From NCBI RefSeq assembly GCF_000006765.1, contig NC_002516.2: a stretch of DNA of 64,000 nt. One strand, given 5' to 3'. Within the stretch, counting starts at the first letter, position 1, and each line of letters starts with the position of its first letter. The translations under genes and the position numbers were made by a program. Of the stretch, positions 49,332 through 62,573 are shown in pieces. A model generated the notes under the pieces. It saw only the letters and a list, made by a program, of their open reading frames with translations, did no database searches and was not told the DNA's origin. Source of the stretch: Pseudomonas aeruginosa PAO1. Lineage in GTDB: Bacteria > Pseudomonadota > Gammaproteobacteria > Pseudomonadales > Pseudomonadaceae.

Positions 49332-49844
49332 ATGTCCCAGCTCGAACCCAGGCAGCAAGCCTTCCGCAACGCCATGGCGCATCTTTCGGCGGCGGTCAAC
49401 GTGATCACCAGCAACGGCCCGGCCGGACGCTGCGGGATCACCGCCACCGCGGTCTGCTCGGTCACCGACAGCCCGCCGACGCTGATGCTCTGCATCAACC
49501 GCAACAGCGAGATGAACACGGTGTTCAAGGCCAACGGTCGACTCTGCGTGAACGTCCTCAGCGGCGAACATGAAGAGGTGGCCCGCCACTTCGCCGGCAT
49601 GACCGAGGTCCCGATGGAACGCCGCTTCGCCCTCCACGACTGGCGCGAGGGCCTCGCCGGGTTGCCGGTGCTGCACGGCGCCCTGGCCAACCTGCAGGGA
49701 CGCATCGCCGAGGTCCAGGAGATCGGCACCCACTCGGTGCTGTTGCTGGAACTGGAGGACATCCAGGTCCTCGAACAGGGCGACGGCCTGGTCTACTTCA
49801 GCCGCAGCTTCCATCGCCTGCAATGCCCCCGGCGGGCGGCCTGA
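49332..49844 (+). CDS. hpaC: 4-HPA 3-monooxygenase flavin reductase
   Basis: FRNAMAHL, GITATAVCSVTDSPPTL, GTHSV. Confidence 0.96.
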   Translation: MSQLEPRQQAFRNAMAHLSAAVNVITSNGPAGRCGITATAVCSVTDSPPTLMLCINRNSEMNTVFKANGRLCVNVLSGEHEEVARHFAGMTEVPMERRFALHDWREGLAGLPVLHGALANLQGRIAEVQEIGTHSVLLLELEDIQVLEQGDGLVYFSRSFHRLQCPRRAA

Positions 49845-49907
49845 ACGGCGCCTCCAGGAATCCTCCGCCAGCGTTTCGAAGCCGCCGCCGAGAACCCGGC
49901 CAGGCCC

Positions 49908-50324
49908 TCAGCGGCGGTGCGCCGGCGGGATCGAGTAAGTGCCGACCACATGGGCGACCGGTTCCGCGTCGCCTTCGGAGAACAGCGAGACCTCGCCCAT
50001 CGCCAGGGTCTTGCCGACCTTCATCAGGCGGCACTCGGCGACCACCCGGCGGTCCGCCGCGGGACGCCGCAGGAAGTTGATGGTCAGGCTGGTGGTCACC
50101 GCCAGCGGGACGATGCCGATCTCGCCCAGTACCGCCACGTACAGCGCGACATCGGCGATGGCCATCAGGGTCGGCCCGGAGACCGTGCCGCCGGGGCGCA
50201 GGTCGCTGGCGTCGACCGCCTGCCAGACCGTGGCGCTACGCTCGCCGACGGCTTCGACCACGACCCGGGTCTGGGGAAATTCGCGCTGGATGAAACGGGC
50301 GATCTGCTCTTTCTTGTCGGTCAC
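49908..50324 (-). CDS. PaaI-type hotdog thioesterase (PA4093)
   Basis: LRPGGTVSGPTLMAIAD and AVTTSLTINFLR. Confidence 0.88.
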   Translation of the reverse strand: MTDKKEQIARFIQREFPQTRVVVEAVGERSATVWQAVDASDLRPGGTVSGPTLMAIADVALYVAVLGEIGIVPLAVTTSLTINFLRRPAADRRVVAECRLMKVGKTLAMGEVSLFSEGDAEPVAHVVGTYSIPPAHRR

Positions 50325-50371
50325 GGAACGGGTCCTTGGCAGTAGGAGGAGGAAAGGTACGGTAGTCGGGT

Positions 50372-51331
50372 CTAGCGGCCACGCGCCTCGCTCGGCGTCA
50401 TCCCGTAGCGCGCCTTGAAGGCCCGGGCGAAATGCGCCTGGCTGGAGAAGCCGTGGCGATAGGCGACCTCGGCGACATCCAGGCGCCGGCCCTGGGGCGA
50501 AGCGAGCAACTGGCGGGCCCGCTCCAGGCGCCGCTCCTGCAGGTAGCGCCCGGGCGAGCTGCCTTCCTGGGCGAACAGCCGCGCCAGGTGCCGGCTGGAG
50601 ACGCCAGTGGCGGCGGCCACCCGCTCGCAGCTCAGGGCGGGTTCGTCGAGATGCTGCTGGATGTACTGCTTGGCCGCCAGCAGGTAGGACGCGCCCAGGG
50701 CGCTGGCACGGTGCTCGCCGGCATGGTCGCTGATGATGCTCGCCAGCAGGTCGTAGGCTTCCTCCTGGTAGCGCTCGGCATCCTCGCCATGGGGGCTGTC
50801 GAGGAAATCCCGGGTACGCTCGCCGAGGGTCCGCACCAGCAGGCGCTGCACCGGGCTTTCCGCGCCGATCTTCAGCGGTCCCTTGAAGTCGCGCAGGCAG
50901 CGCTCGGCGAAATCGTCCTGGGGAATGTCGAAGATGAACTGCCGCATCGGTCCGGAAAAACCGAACAGGTAGGGCTTGTCGGTCCGGTAGATAACCAGCT
51001 CGCCCGGTTGCAGGAGGTTGCAGCCGTTGTCCTGGTAGAAGAACGACTGGCTGCCCTGCACCAGGGAGACGAAGATCGACTCCTTGGGCACTGCGCGGAT
51101 CATCGAGCGGTCGCGCTCCACCACGTGCTCGTTGCCGCCGATGCGGGCCAGCCGCAGGCGTTCGAGGCAGAGGTTGTCCTGGGTCGCGGCGAAGCCGGCC
51201 TGGGAATACGACGAACATTTCAGGCCAACCAGGATGGAAGCGTTGTAGTCCTCCCAGAACGCCAGCCGCTGCTCCAGGGGAATGTCCTGGGTGCTGGCCC
51301 GCCGGGTTTCGAGCAAGGCATGTGCGGGCAT
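50372..51331 (-). CDS. AraC-family regulator with FeaR-like N-terminal domain (PA4094)
   Basis: PLEQRLAFWEDY, YLFGFSGPMRQFIF, VAEVAYRHGFSSQAHFARAFKARYG. Confidence 0.9.
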   Translation of the reverse strand: MPAHALLETRRASTQDIPLEQRLAFWEDYNASILVGLKCSSYSQAGFAATQDNLCLERLRLARIGGNEHVVERDRSMIRAVPKESIFVSLVQGSQSFFYQDNGCNLLQPGELVIYRTDKPYLFGFSGPMRQFIFDIPQDDFAERCLRDFKGPLKIGAESPVQRLLVRTLGERTRDFLDSPHGEDAERYQEEAYDLLASIISDHAGEHRASALGASYLLAAKQYIQQHLDEPALSCERVAAATGVSSRHLARLFAQEGSSPGRYLQERRLERARQLLASPQGRRLDVAEVAYRHGFSSQAHFARAFKARYGMTPSEARGR

Positions 51332-51551
51332 TTTTATTCTTCTCGTCGAACGCTGCGTGGACCTCCCGGACCTCAGGCAAGGCCTCCGGGGCCAGGCGCC
51401 GGGCCGCTCCGCCGACCTGTCGCGGTCGGTCGGCGAGGCGCCTGGCACCCCGTCATTAACATCTGAATCCTTTCCTCCGTCAATCGCCCTCCAGCCGGCT
51501 CCGACGCTGGGCAGGCCAGCTTGGCGGCGCGTCGCGGGTCGCGCCAGGCCA

Positions 51552-51616
51552 TGTCCGAAAAGCGCAAGTTTCCTGGCCGCCAGGGTCAAACCCGAAGGCC
51601 CGCCCATGGCTAGAGT
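51552..51616 (+). promoter_or_regulatory. Tandem AraC/FeaR-type boxes plus -10 for the cupin operon
   Basis: TGTCC-N8-CAAG (51552) and TGGCC-N8-CAAA (51574), 22 bp apart; TAGAGT at 51611. Confidence 0.62.
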
Positions 51617-51649
51617 CGGCCCGACGATAACAACGACAGAGGCCGCCCC

Positions 51650-52183
51650 ATGCCCGAACTCGCCACCCGTGAATTCTGGAAAGACCTGCAACCGATTCCC
51701 GACTGCTTCAAGCCGGACGCCAAGCCCGAGGTCTACCTGCGCAACGCGCCGACCGAGGACGAGCGCCTCTACGTGCCCTTCACCGAGACCGTGAAGTCGC
51801 GTCCGCTGTGGATCTCGCCAAGCGAAAACCGCTGGTGCGACATCCTGATGGCAACGAGCGCCGGCCTGGTCAACCGCCACTACCACCCGCACGAGGTGTT
51901 CGCCTACACCATCAGCGGCAAGTGGGGCTACCTGGAGCACGACTGGACCGCCACCGCCGGCGACTTCGTCTACGAGACGCCCGGCGAGGGCCACACCCTG
52001 GTGGCCTACGAGCACGAGCAGCCGATGCGTGCATTCTTCATCGTCAAGGGACCGCTGGTCTGGCTCGACGAGAAGGGCAACGCGGACGGCATCTTCGACG
52101 TCCACGACTACATCGCGATGTGCCGTGAGCACTACGACAAGATCGGCGTCGGCGCCGCCTACATCGACTCCCTGTTCCGCTGA
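51650..52183 (+). CDS. Cupin, 2,4'-dihydroxyacetophenone dioxygenase (DAD) family (PA4095)
   Basis: NRHYHPHEVFAYTISGKWGYLEHDW...FVYETPGEGHTL His triad pattern of DAD. Confidence 0.82.
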   Translation: MPELATREFWKDLQPIPDCFKPDAKPEVYLRNAPTEDERLYVPFTETVKSRPLWISPSENRWCDILMATSAGLVNRHYHPHEVFAYTISGKWGYLEHDWTATAGDFVYETPGEGHTLVAYEHEQPMRAFFIVKGPLVWLDEKGNADGIFDVHDYIAMCREHYDKIGVGAAYIDSLFR

Positions 52184-52253
52184 CCCCGGGCGCGCGCCGC
52201 CCTGGCGGACGCGCGCCTCCCCGCCGGCCGGCCCGCCCGGCCTGGAGACCGAC

Positions 52254-53509
52254 ATGGCGCATAACAACAATTCCGCCAGTTACGAAAACGTCCTGCTCTG
52301 CGTGCTGTTCCTGACCTTCGGCTTCGTCTTCTTCGACCGCCTGGCGCTGTCCTTCCTGTTTCCCTTCATGGAACAGGAGCTGCAACTGAGCAACAGCCAC
52401 CTGGGCATGCTCTCCTCGGTGCTGGCCCTGGCCTGGGCGGTATCCGGCGCGCTGGTCGGCGCCTGGTCCGACCGCCGCGGGCAGCGCAAGCCGCTGCTGA
52501 TCGTGGCGGTGATCCTGTTCTCGCTGTGCTCGGCGCTGTCCGGGCTGGTCGGCGGCTTCCTCAGCCTGCTGCTGTTCCGCGGCATCATGGGCCTGGCCGA
52601 GGGGCCGATCCTGCCGCTCTCGCAATCGCTGATGGTCGAGGCCTCCTCGCCACATCGCCGCGGCCTCAACATGGGTCTGCTACAGGGCTCGGCGGCCGGC
52701 CTGCTCGGCGCGGTGATCGGCCCGCCGCTGCTGGTGGCCCTGGCCGAAGCCCTCGGCTGGCGTCACGCCTTCATCGTCTCGTTGCTGCCGGGTCTGCTGA
52801 TCGCCTGGTTGATCTGGCGCCATGTGCGTCCCGACCCGCCCCGCGCGCAGCGCCCGGCGCCGCGCGCAGAAGAAGCGAAAGGCAAGCGCCTGGCACTGCT
52901 GAAGAGCCGCAACATCCTGCTCTGCACCCTGATCAGTTGCGTATTCGTCACCTGGTTCATCGTGCTGATTTCCTTTACCCCGACCTTCCTGGTCAACGCC
53001 CGCGGCTTCAGCCCGGCGACCATGGGCAGGCTGATGAGCTGCCTGGGCGTCGCCTGGGTGGTCTGGGGCTTCGCCGTACCGGCGATATCCGATCGCATCG
53101 GCCGTCGACCGACCCTGGTGGCGTTCTCCCTGCTCGCCGCGTGTTGCCCGCTGGCGCTGCTCTATGCGCCGAACGCGACCAGCCTCGGCCTGCTGTTGCT
53201 GCTGACCTACACCGGGCTCGGCTGCTTCACCCTGTTCATGGCGACCATCCCGGCGGAGACCGTCTCGCGCGGCGTCATCGCCACCGCCCTCGGCCTGATC
53301 ATGGGCCTCGGCGAACTGGTCGGCGGTTTCCTCGCGCCGACCGTGGCCGGCTTCGCCGCCGACCGCTTCGGCCTGTCCATCGTCATGTGGATGTCCTGCG
53401 GCGGCGCCCTGCTCGCCGCGTTCCTCTCGCTGTTCCTGCGCGAAACCGCGCCCGCCGTGCTGGCGCGCCAGCGCAGCGCGCCTACCTCCGTCCTGCAAGG
53501 AAACCAACC

Positions 53510-53513
<4 letters not shown>
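52254..53513 (+). CDS. MFS transporter (PA4096)
   Basis: FFDRLAL, GAWSDRRGQRK and SDRIGRR MFS motifs; about 12 TMs. Confidence 0.93.
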
Positions 53514-55308
<1,795 letters not shown>

Positions 55309-55392
55309 GCCGCCTTCGCTCCGGATGCACCTGTCCGCTTGGGGCGGACAGCGATTCGCACGACAGAACAACAACAAGACGAGTGCCTTGCC

Positions 55393-56697
55393 ATGAAAAC
55401 CCTCCGCACCTTGCCGGCGCTGCTCTGCGCCGGTTTCCTCGGTCTCTCCGCGCAGGCCGCCGAAGACAGCCGCAGCGGCCCGCTGGCCGGGTTCGGCGAA
55501 CGACTCCAGCGCCACGGCGTGAAGACCCACGCGCAGTTCTGGAGCCTGTCGCTGAAGAACCTCGACACCGGCCCGCGCCAGCACAGCTTCGGCAACAGCG
55601 GCGACCTGTTCCTCGGCGCCGACCTCGACCTCGCCACCCTCGCCGGCCTGGACGGCGCCTCGCTGCACATCGAGGAAACCCTGTTCATCCTCGACCGCGG
55701 CACCGGTCAGCCCACCGGGCCGAGCTGGCAGGGCGCGGTGGGCAGCTACTTCGGCGGCGCGCCGCTGCACAACGACATCGGCGCCAACCAGCTGAGCCTG
55801 CTCACCTGGCAGCAGCAGTGGCTGGGCGGACGCCTCGACAGCCATCTCGGACGGACCAATGCGCGGCGCTATTTCCTGATCTACAACTGCGAGACCGTGG
55901 TCACCTGCAACGACCCGATCATCGACGCCTCCACCGGCATCCTGCCGCCGCCCTACGGCGCCTGGGGCGGCTACCTGAAGTACCGGGCGACCCCGACCCT
56001 GTACCTGCACGCCGGGGCCTTCGAGTCCAACCCGGTGGATTACCTGAAGAAGCGCCATGGCCTCGATTTCGGCACCGACGACGCCAGCGGCACCAGCCTG
56101 CTGCTGGGGATCGGCGACAAGCGCGAGGAAAGCCTCGATCCCTACCGCTCGCACTATGAACTCAACGCCTACCTGAACACCGCCAACCAGGTCGACCCGC
56201 TCACCGGCGCCAGCGACCACGGCAGCGCCGGCGGCTTCTTCAAGTTCCAGCAGCTGTTCTGGCGCGCCGACGGCGGCCGCCTCGATTCGCCGAGGGCGCT
56301 GGGGCTGTTCGGCTCGCTGTCGGTATCGGCCGACGACAAGCAGCCGTTCCGTCATTTCGCCGAGCTGGGCCTGACCTACCATGCGCCCTTCGACCGCACG
56401 CGGGACAAGCTCAACCTCAAGGCCAGCTACCTGCGCCTGAACGATCACCAGCTGGAGTTCCAGCGCCAGGCGCGGATCGCCGCTGGCGGCGATGCGAAAC
56501 TCGGCCAGCGCGACGTGTACGCCCTGGAAACCAATGCGCACATCGCACTGACCCCGCACATCGCGCTGGAGCCGTCGGTGCAGTACATCTTCAACCCGGA
56601 CAACTACTACAACCCCGGCGCTCGCGAACTGAGCGGAGACGGTTTCGTCGTCGGCCTGCAACTGATGGTCGACATGGGCTCGCTGCTGGGGCTTTAG
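55393..56697 (+). CDS. OprB-family carbohydrate-selective porin (PA4099)
   Basis: Signal peptide; GADLDLATLAG; LETNAHIALTPHIALEPSVQYIFNP beta-strand pattern. Confidence 0.82.
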   Translation: MKTLRTLPALLCAGFLGLSAQAAEDSRSGPLAGFGERLQRHGVKTHAQFWSLSLKNLDTGPRQHSFGNSGDLFLGADLDLATLAGLDGASLHIEETLFILDRGTGQPTGPSWQGAVGSYFGGAPLHNDIGANQLSLLTWQQQWLGGRLDSHLGRTNARRYFLIYNCETVVTCNDPIIDASTGILPPPYGAWGGYLKYRATPTLYLHAGAFESNPVDYLKKRHGLDFGTDDASGTSLLLGIGDKREESLDPYRSHYELNAYLNTANQVDPLTGASDHGSAGGFFKFQQLFWRADGGRLDSPRALGLFGSLSVSADDKQPFRHFAELGLTYHAPFDRTRDKLNLKASYLRLNDHQLEFQRQARIAAGGDAKLGQRDVYALETNAHIALTPHIALEPSVQYIFNPDNYYNPGARELSGDGFVVGLQLMVDMGSLLGL

Positions 56698-56706
56698 CGC
56701 GCCGCC

Positions 56707-56745
56707 TGGCAGCCTCGGTCAACCCCGCCGGCAGGCTGGGACAAG
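56707..56745 (+). promoter_or_regulatory. Tandem AraC/FeaR-type boxes upstream of the GMC oxidoreductase
   Basis: TGGCA-N8-CAAC (56707) and CGGCA-GGCTGGGA-CAAG (56729), 22 bp apart. Confidence 0.62.
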
Positions 56746-56851
56746 CGGCCGGGCGCGCTTCCCCGTCCAATGGAGTAGCGTCGCGCCCATGGGCGCGGGG
56801 CGAAAAAGAACGCCGGGCGAGGCCCGGCAGCACACCCAGAAAGGTGCCGAC

Positions 56852-58531
56852 ATGACTTCCACTGCCCGCCGCTCGTTCGACTACATCGTGGTCGGCGCCG
56901 GCTCCGCCGGTTGCGTCCTGGCCAACCGTCTTTCCGCCGATCCCGCCGTCTCGGTCTGCCTGGTCGAGGCCGGCCCCAGCGACCGCACGCCGCTCCCCGC
57001 CGCCTACATCCGCACGCCGGCCGGGATCATCCGCCTGATCGCCAACCCGAAGTGGAACTGGATGCATCGCTTCGCCGCCCAGCCCGGCACCGCCAACCAG
57101 CCGATCGCCTGCCCGCGCGGCAAGGTCTGGGGCGGCTCCAGCGCGATCAACGGGATGATCTACATCCGCGGCGACCGCCACGACTACGACCGCTGGGCAT
57201 CCCTCGGCAACCGTGGCTGGAGCTACGACGAGCTGCTGCCGTACTTTCGCCGCTCGGAACATTTCGAGCCGGGCGAATCGCCCTGGCACGGGCGCGGCGG
57301 CGAATTGAACGTCGCCGCGCAGCGCAGCCCGGGCCCGATCAACCAGGTGTTCTTCCAGGCCGCCGAGGAAATGGGCTGGCCGTACAACGCCGACTTCAAC
57401 GGCGAGCGCCAGGAAGGCATCGGCCCGTTCCACGTCACCCAGGTCAACGGCGAACGCTGTAGCGCGGCGCGCGCCTTCCTGCACCCGGCCCTGGCGCGGC
57501 CCAACCTCACCGTGCTCAGCTCGGCGCTGACCCTGCGCGTGCTGCTGGAAGGTACCCGCGCCACCGGCGTGGAGATCAGCCAGGCTGGCGCGGTCGTGCA
57601 ATTGCAGGCACGCCGCGAAGTGATCCTCAGCGCCGGCTCGATCAACTCGCCGCAGCTCCTGTTGCTCTCCGGCATCGGCCCGGCGGCGGAACTGGCGCGC
57701 CACGGCATCGTCCAGCGCCATGAGTTGCCTGGGGTCGGCGAGAACCTGCAGGACCACCAGGACATCGTGCTGATGTACCGCACCGAGGCCAAGCTCGGCT
57801 ACGGCCTGGGCTTCTCGCCGAAGGGCTGGCTGCCGCTGCTGCGCTCGCCCTGGCAGTACCTGTTCGGCCGGCGCGGGGCGCTGACCTCGAACACCGTCGA
57901 GTCCGGTGGCTTCCTCCGCCTCGACCCGCAGGCAGAGACCCCGGAGCTGGGTCTGATCGTCGCCCCCGCGCTGAAGAACCAGCCGCAGCGCCTGGTCCCC
58001 TTCGGCCACGGGGTCAGCCTGCACGTCGCGGTGATGCACCCGCAGAGCCGCGGGCGGGTCCGCCTGAACTCGCCAGACCCGCACGACCGGCCGCTGATCG
58101 AAGCCAACTTCCTCAGCCACCCTGCCGACCTCGATACCCTGGTCCAGGGTTTCCAACTGGTCCGCAAACTGGCCGCCAGCCGCAGCTTCGCCCGTCACCT
58201 CAAGGGCGAGCTGGTACCGGGCCCGCAGGTTTCCAGCCGCGGCCAGATCGAGGCCTGGATCCGCGCCAACCTGGGCACCGTGTTCCATCCGGTGGGCACC
58301 TGCAAGATGGGCCACGACCAGCTCGCGGTGGTCGACGACCAGTTGCGCGTGCACGGCCTGCAAGGCCTGCGGGTGGCCGATGCGTCGATCATGCCGACGC
58401 TGATCACCGGCAATACCAACGCCCCGGCGATCATGATCGGCGAGAAGGCCGCCGACCTGATCCTCGGCAAGCCGGCGCCCCATGCACCGCCCGCGCGACA
58501 ACCGGCCGTGCAGGCTCTGGCCGGCGCCTGA
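56852..58531 (+). CDS. GMC-family FAD oxidoreductase (PA4100)
   Basis: DYIVVGAGSAGC, PRGKVWGGSSAINGMIYIRG, VFHPVGTCKMG, GNTNAPAIMIGEKAAD. Confidence 0.95.
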   Translation: MTSTARRSFDYIVVGAGSAGCVLANRLSADPAVSVCLVEAGPSDRTPLPAAYIRTPAGIIRLIANPKWNWMHRFAAQPGTANQPIACPRGKVWGGSSAINGMIYIRGDRHDYDRWASLGNRGWSYDELLPYFRRSEHFEPGESPWHGRGGELNVAAQRSPGPINQVFFQAAEEMGWPYNADFNGERQEGIGPFHVTQVNGERCSAARAFLHPALARPNLTVLSSALTLRVLLEGTRATGVEISQAGAVVQLQARREVILSAGSINSPQLLLLSGIGPAAELARHGIVQRHELPGVGENLQDHQDIVLMYRTEAKLGYGLGFSPKGWLPLLRSPWQYLFGRRGALTSNTVESGGFLRLDPQAETPELGLIVAPALKNQPQRLVPFGHGVSLHVAVMHPQSRGRVRLNSPDPHDRPLIEANFLSHPADLDTLVQGFQLVRKLAASRSFARHLKGELVPGPQVSSRGQIEAWIRANLGTVFHPVGTCKMGHDQLAVVDDQLRVHGLQGLRVADASIMPTLITGNTNAPAIMIGEKAADLILGKPAPHAPPARQPAVQALAGA

Positions 58532-58792
58532 CTAGCCGCCCTGGCTGCAGGCGCTGGCGTACTTGCGGTAGGCCAGCGAATGCAGCTTGCCGGCGGAGTC
58601 TAGGTAGTCCATCCGTGCATCGACGATCTCGCAGGTGGTCGACGCCTGTTCCTGGGTCGCCACCACCTTGTGCACATCCAGCGGCATGCCGTAGCGGTAG
58701 CTTTCGGTCGGTACCGGTGCGGCGGCCTGGGCGGCGAACGCGGGAAGCGCAAGCGCGGCGAGCAGGGTGGTGGCGAGCAGGGTGCGAGTCAT
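58532..58792 (-). CDS. DUF2790 small exported protein (86 aa)
   Basis: Signal peptide; YRYGMPLDVHKVV, CEIVDARMDYLDSAG and terminal Cys. Confidence 0.82.
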   Translation of the reverse strand: MTRTLLATTLLAALALPAFAAQAAAPVPTESYRYGMPLDVHKVVATQEQASTTCEIVDARMDYLDSAGKLHSLAYRKYASACSQGG

Positions 58793-58929
58793 GGGGGATC
58801 TCCTGGCGGCAGGACCGCGTCGGTGGAAGGCGACATGCCTTCGTCGAGGCCTATTCCAGGCCGCGGAGTTGTCCCGGATGTGTCGCTGGAATGCCCGATT
58901 CGTCAGCCGCTGTATCGCCGCTGCCGGCC

Positions 58930-59114
58930 GATACATGGCCGTACATTCGCCGCCCCGCTCCCGCCGGACGAATCGCGCCCGGCGCCATCCGTCGTCTCCC
59001 CCGTTCGCGACAGCGACAACCGGGCTTTTTTGCACGCCCCGGTATTCGCCCCGGCTCCGGATACAGTGCAATACAAACCCCGGCAGGCAAGCGCCGCGGG
59101 CGCGGATACACTGC
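58930..59114. promoter_or_regulatory. Probable BfmR boxes (GATACAnnGC, 10-bp direct repeats)
   Basis: GATACATGGC-CGTACA (58930), GATACAGTGC-AATACA (59060), GATACACTGC (59105). Confidence 0.7.
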
Positions 59115-59148
59115 TTGCAAGCACACCAACCGCCACGGGAGCCAGGCA

Positions 59149-59885
<737 letters not shown>

Positions 59886-59889
<4 letters not shown>

Positions 59890-61190
59890 AGCTCGCCGTG
59901 CCGCGCCCGCGCAGCCTCGCCGCGCGCCTGGCGCTGATCCTCTTCGCCGGGCTGGTGCTGGCCTACGGGCTGTCCTTCGCCTCGCAGTTCTACGAGCGCT
60001 ACCAGACCGCGAAGCACATGATGCTCGACAGCCTCGAACAGGACGTGGCGATCTCGGTAGCCATGCTCGACCGCCTGACGCCCGCCGAGCGCGAGGCCTG
60101 GCTGCCGCGCCTGGAACGACGCACCTACCGCTATCGCCTCGACGCCGGCGAGCCCGGCCAGCCGCTGGCGCTGGCCGACGCGCCGGTTGCCGCGCACTCC
60201 ATCGAACGCGCCCTCGACGGTCAATACCCGCTGACCCTGCGCACGGTGGCCGACAGCCGTCCGCACTTCCAGGTCCTCCTGCGCCTGCGCGACGGCAGCC
60301 CGCTGACCATCGACGTCACGCCGGCCCCGGTGCCGCTGTCCGGCTGGCTGCCGCTGGTACTGCTGGTGCAGTTGCTCCTGCTGCTGCTCTGCACCGGCCT
60401 CGCGGTGCGCACCGCCATCGGTCCGCTGACCCGGCTGGTGAAGGCCGTGGAACATCTCGATCCGAATCGTCCGGCACAGCCTCTCGCGGAAACCGGCCCA
60501 CGCGAAGTGGCGCATGCGGCGGCGGCCTTCAATGCCATGCAGGCGCGCATCGCCGACTACCTCAAGGAGCGCATGCAGTTGCTCGCGGCGATTTCCCACG
60601 ACCTGCAGACGCCGATCACGCGGATGAAGCTGCGCGTCGAGTTCATGGACGCCTCCAGCGACAGGGACAAGCTGTGGAACGATCTCGAAGAGATGCAGCA
60701 CCTGGTCCGCGAAGGCGTGGCCTATGCCCGCAGCATGCACGGCAGCACCGAAACCAGTTGCCGGGTGGACCTCGACGCCTTCCTCGACAGCCTGGTCTTC
60801 GACTACCAGGACAGCGGCAAGCAGGTACAACTCGACGGCCGTACCGGCGCGGTGATCGACACCCGTCCGCACGCCCTGCGCCGGGTGCTGGTGAACCTGG
60901 TCGACAATGCGCTGAAGTTCGCCGGCGCCGCGCGCCTGGAAGTGGAACGCCGTACCGATGGCGGCACGCGAATCCAGGTGCTGGACAATGGCCCGGGGAT
61001 TCCCGCCGAGGAACTCGACGAGGTGCTCAAGCCCTTCTACCGGGTGGAAAACTCGCGCAATCGCGACACCGGTGGCACCGGCCTCGGCCTGGCCATCGCG
61101 CAGCAGCTGAGCCTGGCCCTCGGCGGCCGCCTGACCCTGGCCAACCGCGCCGGCGGCGGGCTTTGCGCGCGCATCGAGCTGGACCCCTGA
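59886..61190 (+). CDS. bfmS: Sensor histidine kinase BfmS
   Basis: Two TMs, HAMP, ISHDLQTP (H238), NLVDNALKF, DNGPGI, GGTGLGLAI. Confidence 0.95.
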
Positions 61191-61196
61191 GGCGCC

Positions 61197-61245
61197 CGTA
61201 CAGAGCGATACATAACCGCCCTCGGCGGACACACTGCGGATAAAC
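61197..61245 (+). promoter_or_regulatory. Probable BfmR boxes upstream of PA4103
   Basis: CGTACA-GAGC-GATACA (61197) and GACACACTGC-GGATAAA (61228). Confidence 0.6.
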
Positions 61246-61319
61246 CCGCTTGCAACACTCCTGGCCACGGGAAGCGGCGGCACATCGCCGAGCCGCTCCC
61301 GGCAACCAGGAGCCCCACC

Positions 61320-61949
61320 ATGACCGTCCCAACCTCTCAATCCGCCTGGCACGGCTGGCGACTGTTCGCCGTCCTCGCCGTCGCCGTGCTGTGCATGACC
61401 GCCCTCGTCCTGGCTCTCCAGGCGCAACCGGTGGAGGGCCTGCGCAGCGCCATCCGCGCCACCGCGCGCAGTTCCTTCGCGCTGTTCCTCGCCGCTTTCC
61501 TCGCGTCCTCGCTGGCGACCCTGGTGCCCGGCCCGGGGACCCGCGCGCTGCTCCGTGAAAGGCGCTACCTGGGCCTGGCCTTCGCCTTCTCCCACGCAGT
61601 ACACGCCTTGCTGATCCTGGCCTACTGGAAGCTGTTCCCCGAGACATTCTGGAGCGGCCGCTCGGTCGCGGCGAACATCCCCGGCTCGATCGGCTACCTG
61701 TTCATCCTGCTGCTCACCCTCACCTCCTTCCGCACCCCGGCCCGACTGCTCGGCCCACGCGCCTGGAAAGCCCTGCACTCGACCGGCACCTGGGTGCTGG
61801 CGGGCATCTTCTGCCTGTCGTTCTTCAAACGCATCCCCATGGGCGGCTGGTACGTACTGGCGTTCGCCACGATCTTCTCCGCCATCGTCCTCAAGCTCAC
61901 CGCCAAGCTCGCCGTGCGCTTGCGTCGTCGCGACGTACAGCCGGCCTGA
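61320..61949 (+). CDS. Ferric reductase-like (MsrQ/YedZ-type) membrane protein (PA4103)
   Basis: [15 protein letters not shown] and WKALH His motifs; about 6 TMs. Confidence 0.82.
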   Translation: MTVPTSQSAWHGWRLFAVLAVAVLCMTALVLALQAQPVEGLRSAIRATARSSFALFLAAFLASSLATLVPGPGTRALLRERRYLGLAFAFSHAVHALLILAYWKLFPETFWSGRSVAANIPGSIGYLFILLLTLTSFRTPARLLGPRAWKALHSTGTWVLAGIFCLSFFKRIPMGGWYVLAFATIFSAIVLKLTAKLAVRLRRRDVQPA

Positions 61950-61980
61950 CCCATCCACCGCCCTCAACGAGACATCGATC

Positions 61981-62490
61981 ATGCAAGCATCCGACCTGCG
62001 CGCCTGGCGCCGACCCTTCGCCCTGCTCGACCGCTGCGGCGGCTGGAGCGCCGACCTGTCCCTGCGACTGTTCCTGGCCTGGGAGTTCTTCGAGTCCGGT
62101 TGGGAAAAGTGGAACGGCGAGAACTGGTTCGGCGATATCCAGTCGGCTTTCCCCTTTCCCTTCGACCGCCTGCCCGCCGCCTTCAACTGGGAACTGTCGC
62201 TGTGGGCCGAACTGCTCGGCGCGCTGTTCCTCCTGCTCGGCCTCGGTACCCGCCTGACCGCCCTGGTGCTGATCGTCGTCACCCTGGTGGCGACCGCCGC
62301 CGTACACTGGCCGGCGGAGTGGTCGAGCCTGGCGGAACTGGCCCGCGGCTACTCGATCACCGACCACGGCTTCGGCAATTTCAAGCTCCCGGCGATCTAC
62401 CTGGCGGCGCTGCTGCCGCTGCTGTTGGCGGGGGCGGGGAAGCTGAGCCTGGACCACTGGCTCGGGCGGCGCCTGGGCCTGTCCCGCTAG
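61981..62490 (+). CDS. DoxX-family membrane protein (PA4104)
   Basis: [42 protein letters not shown]. Confidence 0.9.
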   Translation: MQASDLRAWRRPFALLDRCGGWSADLSLRLFLAWEFFESGWEKWNGENWFGDIQSAFPFPFDRLPAAFNWELSLWAELLGALFLLLGLGTRLTALVLIVVTLVATAAVHWPAEWSSLAELARGYSITDHGFGNFKLPAIYLAALLPLLLAGAGKLSLDHWLGRRLGLSR

Positions 62491-62508
62491 GATTCGGCCA
62501 GCCACGGA

Positions 62509-62542
62509 AAAACCCCGGAACGCGATCGCCTCCGGGGGTTTT
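62509..62542. terminator. Bidirectional terminator between convergent genes
   Basis: AAAACCCCGGA...TCCGGGGGTTTT. Confidence 0.7.
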
Positions 62543-62573
62543 CACAGCAAGCCAGAACCATCCCACCCACCGC

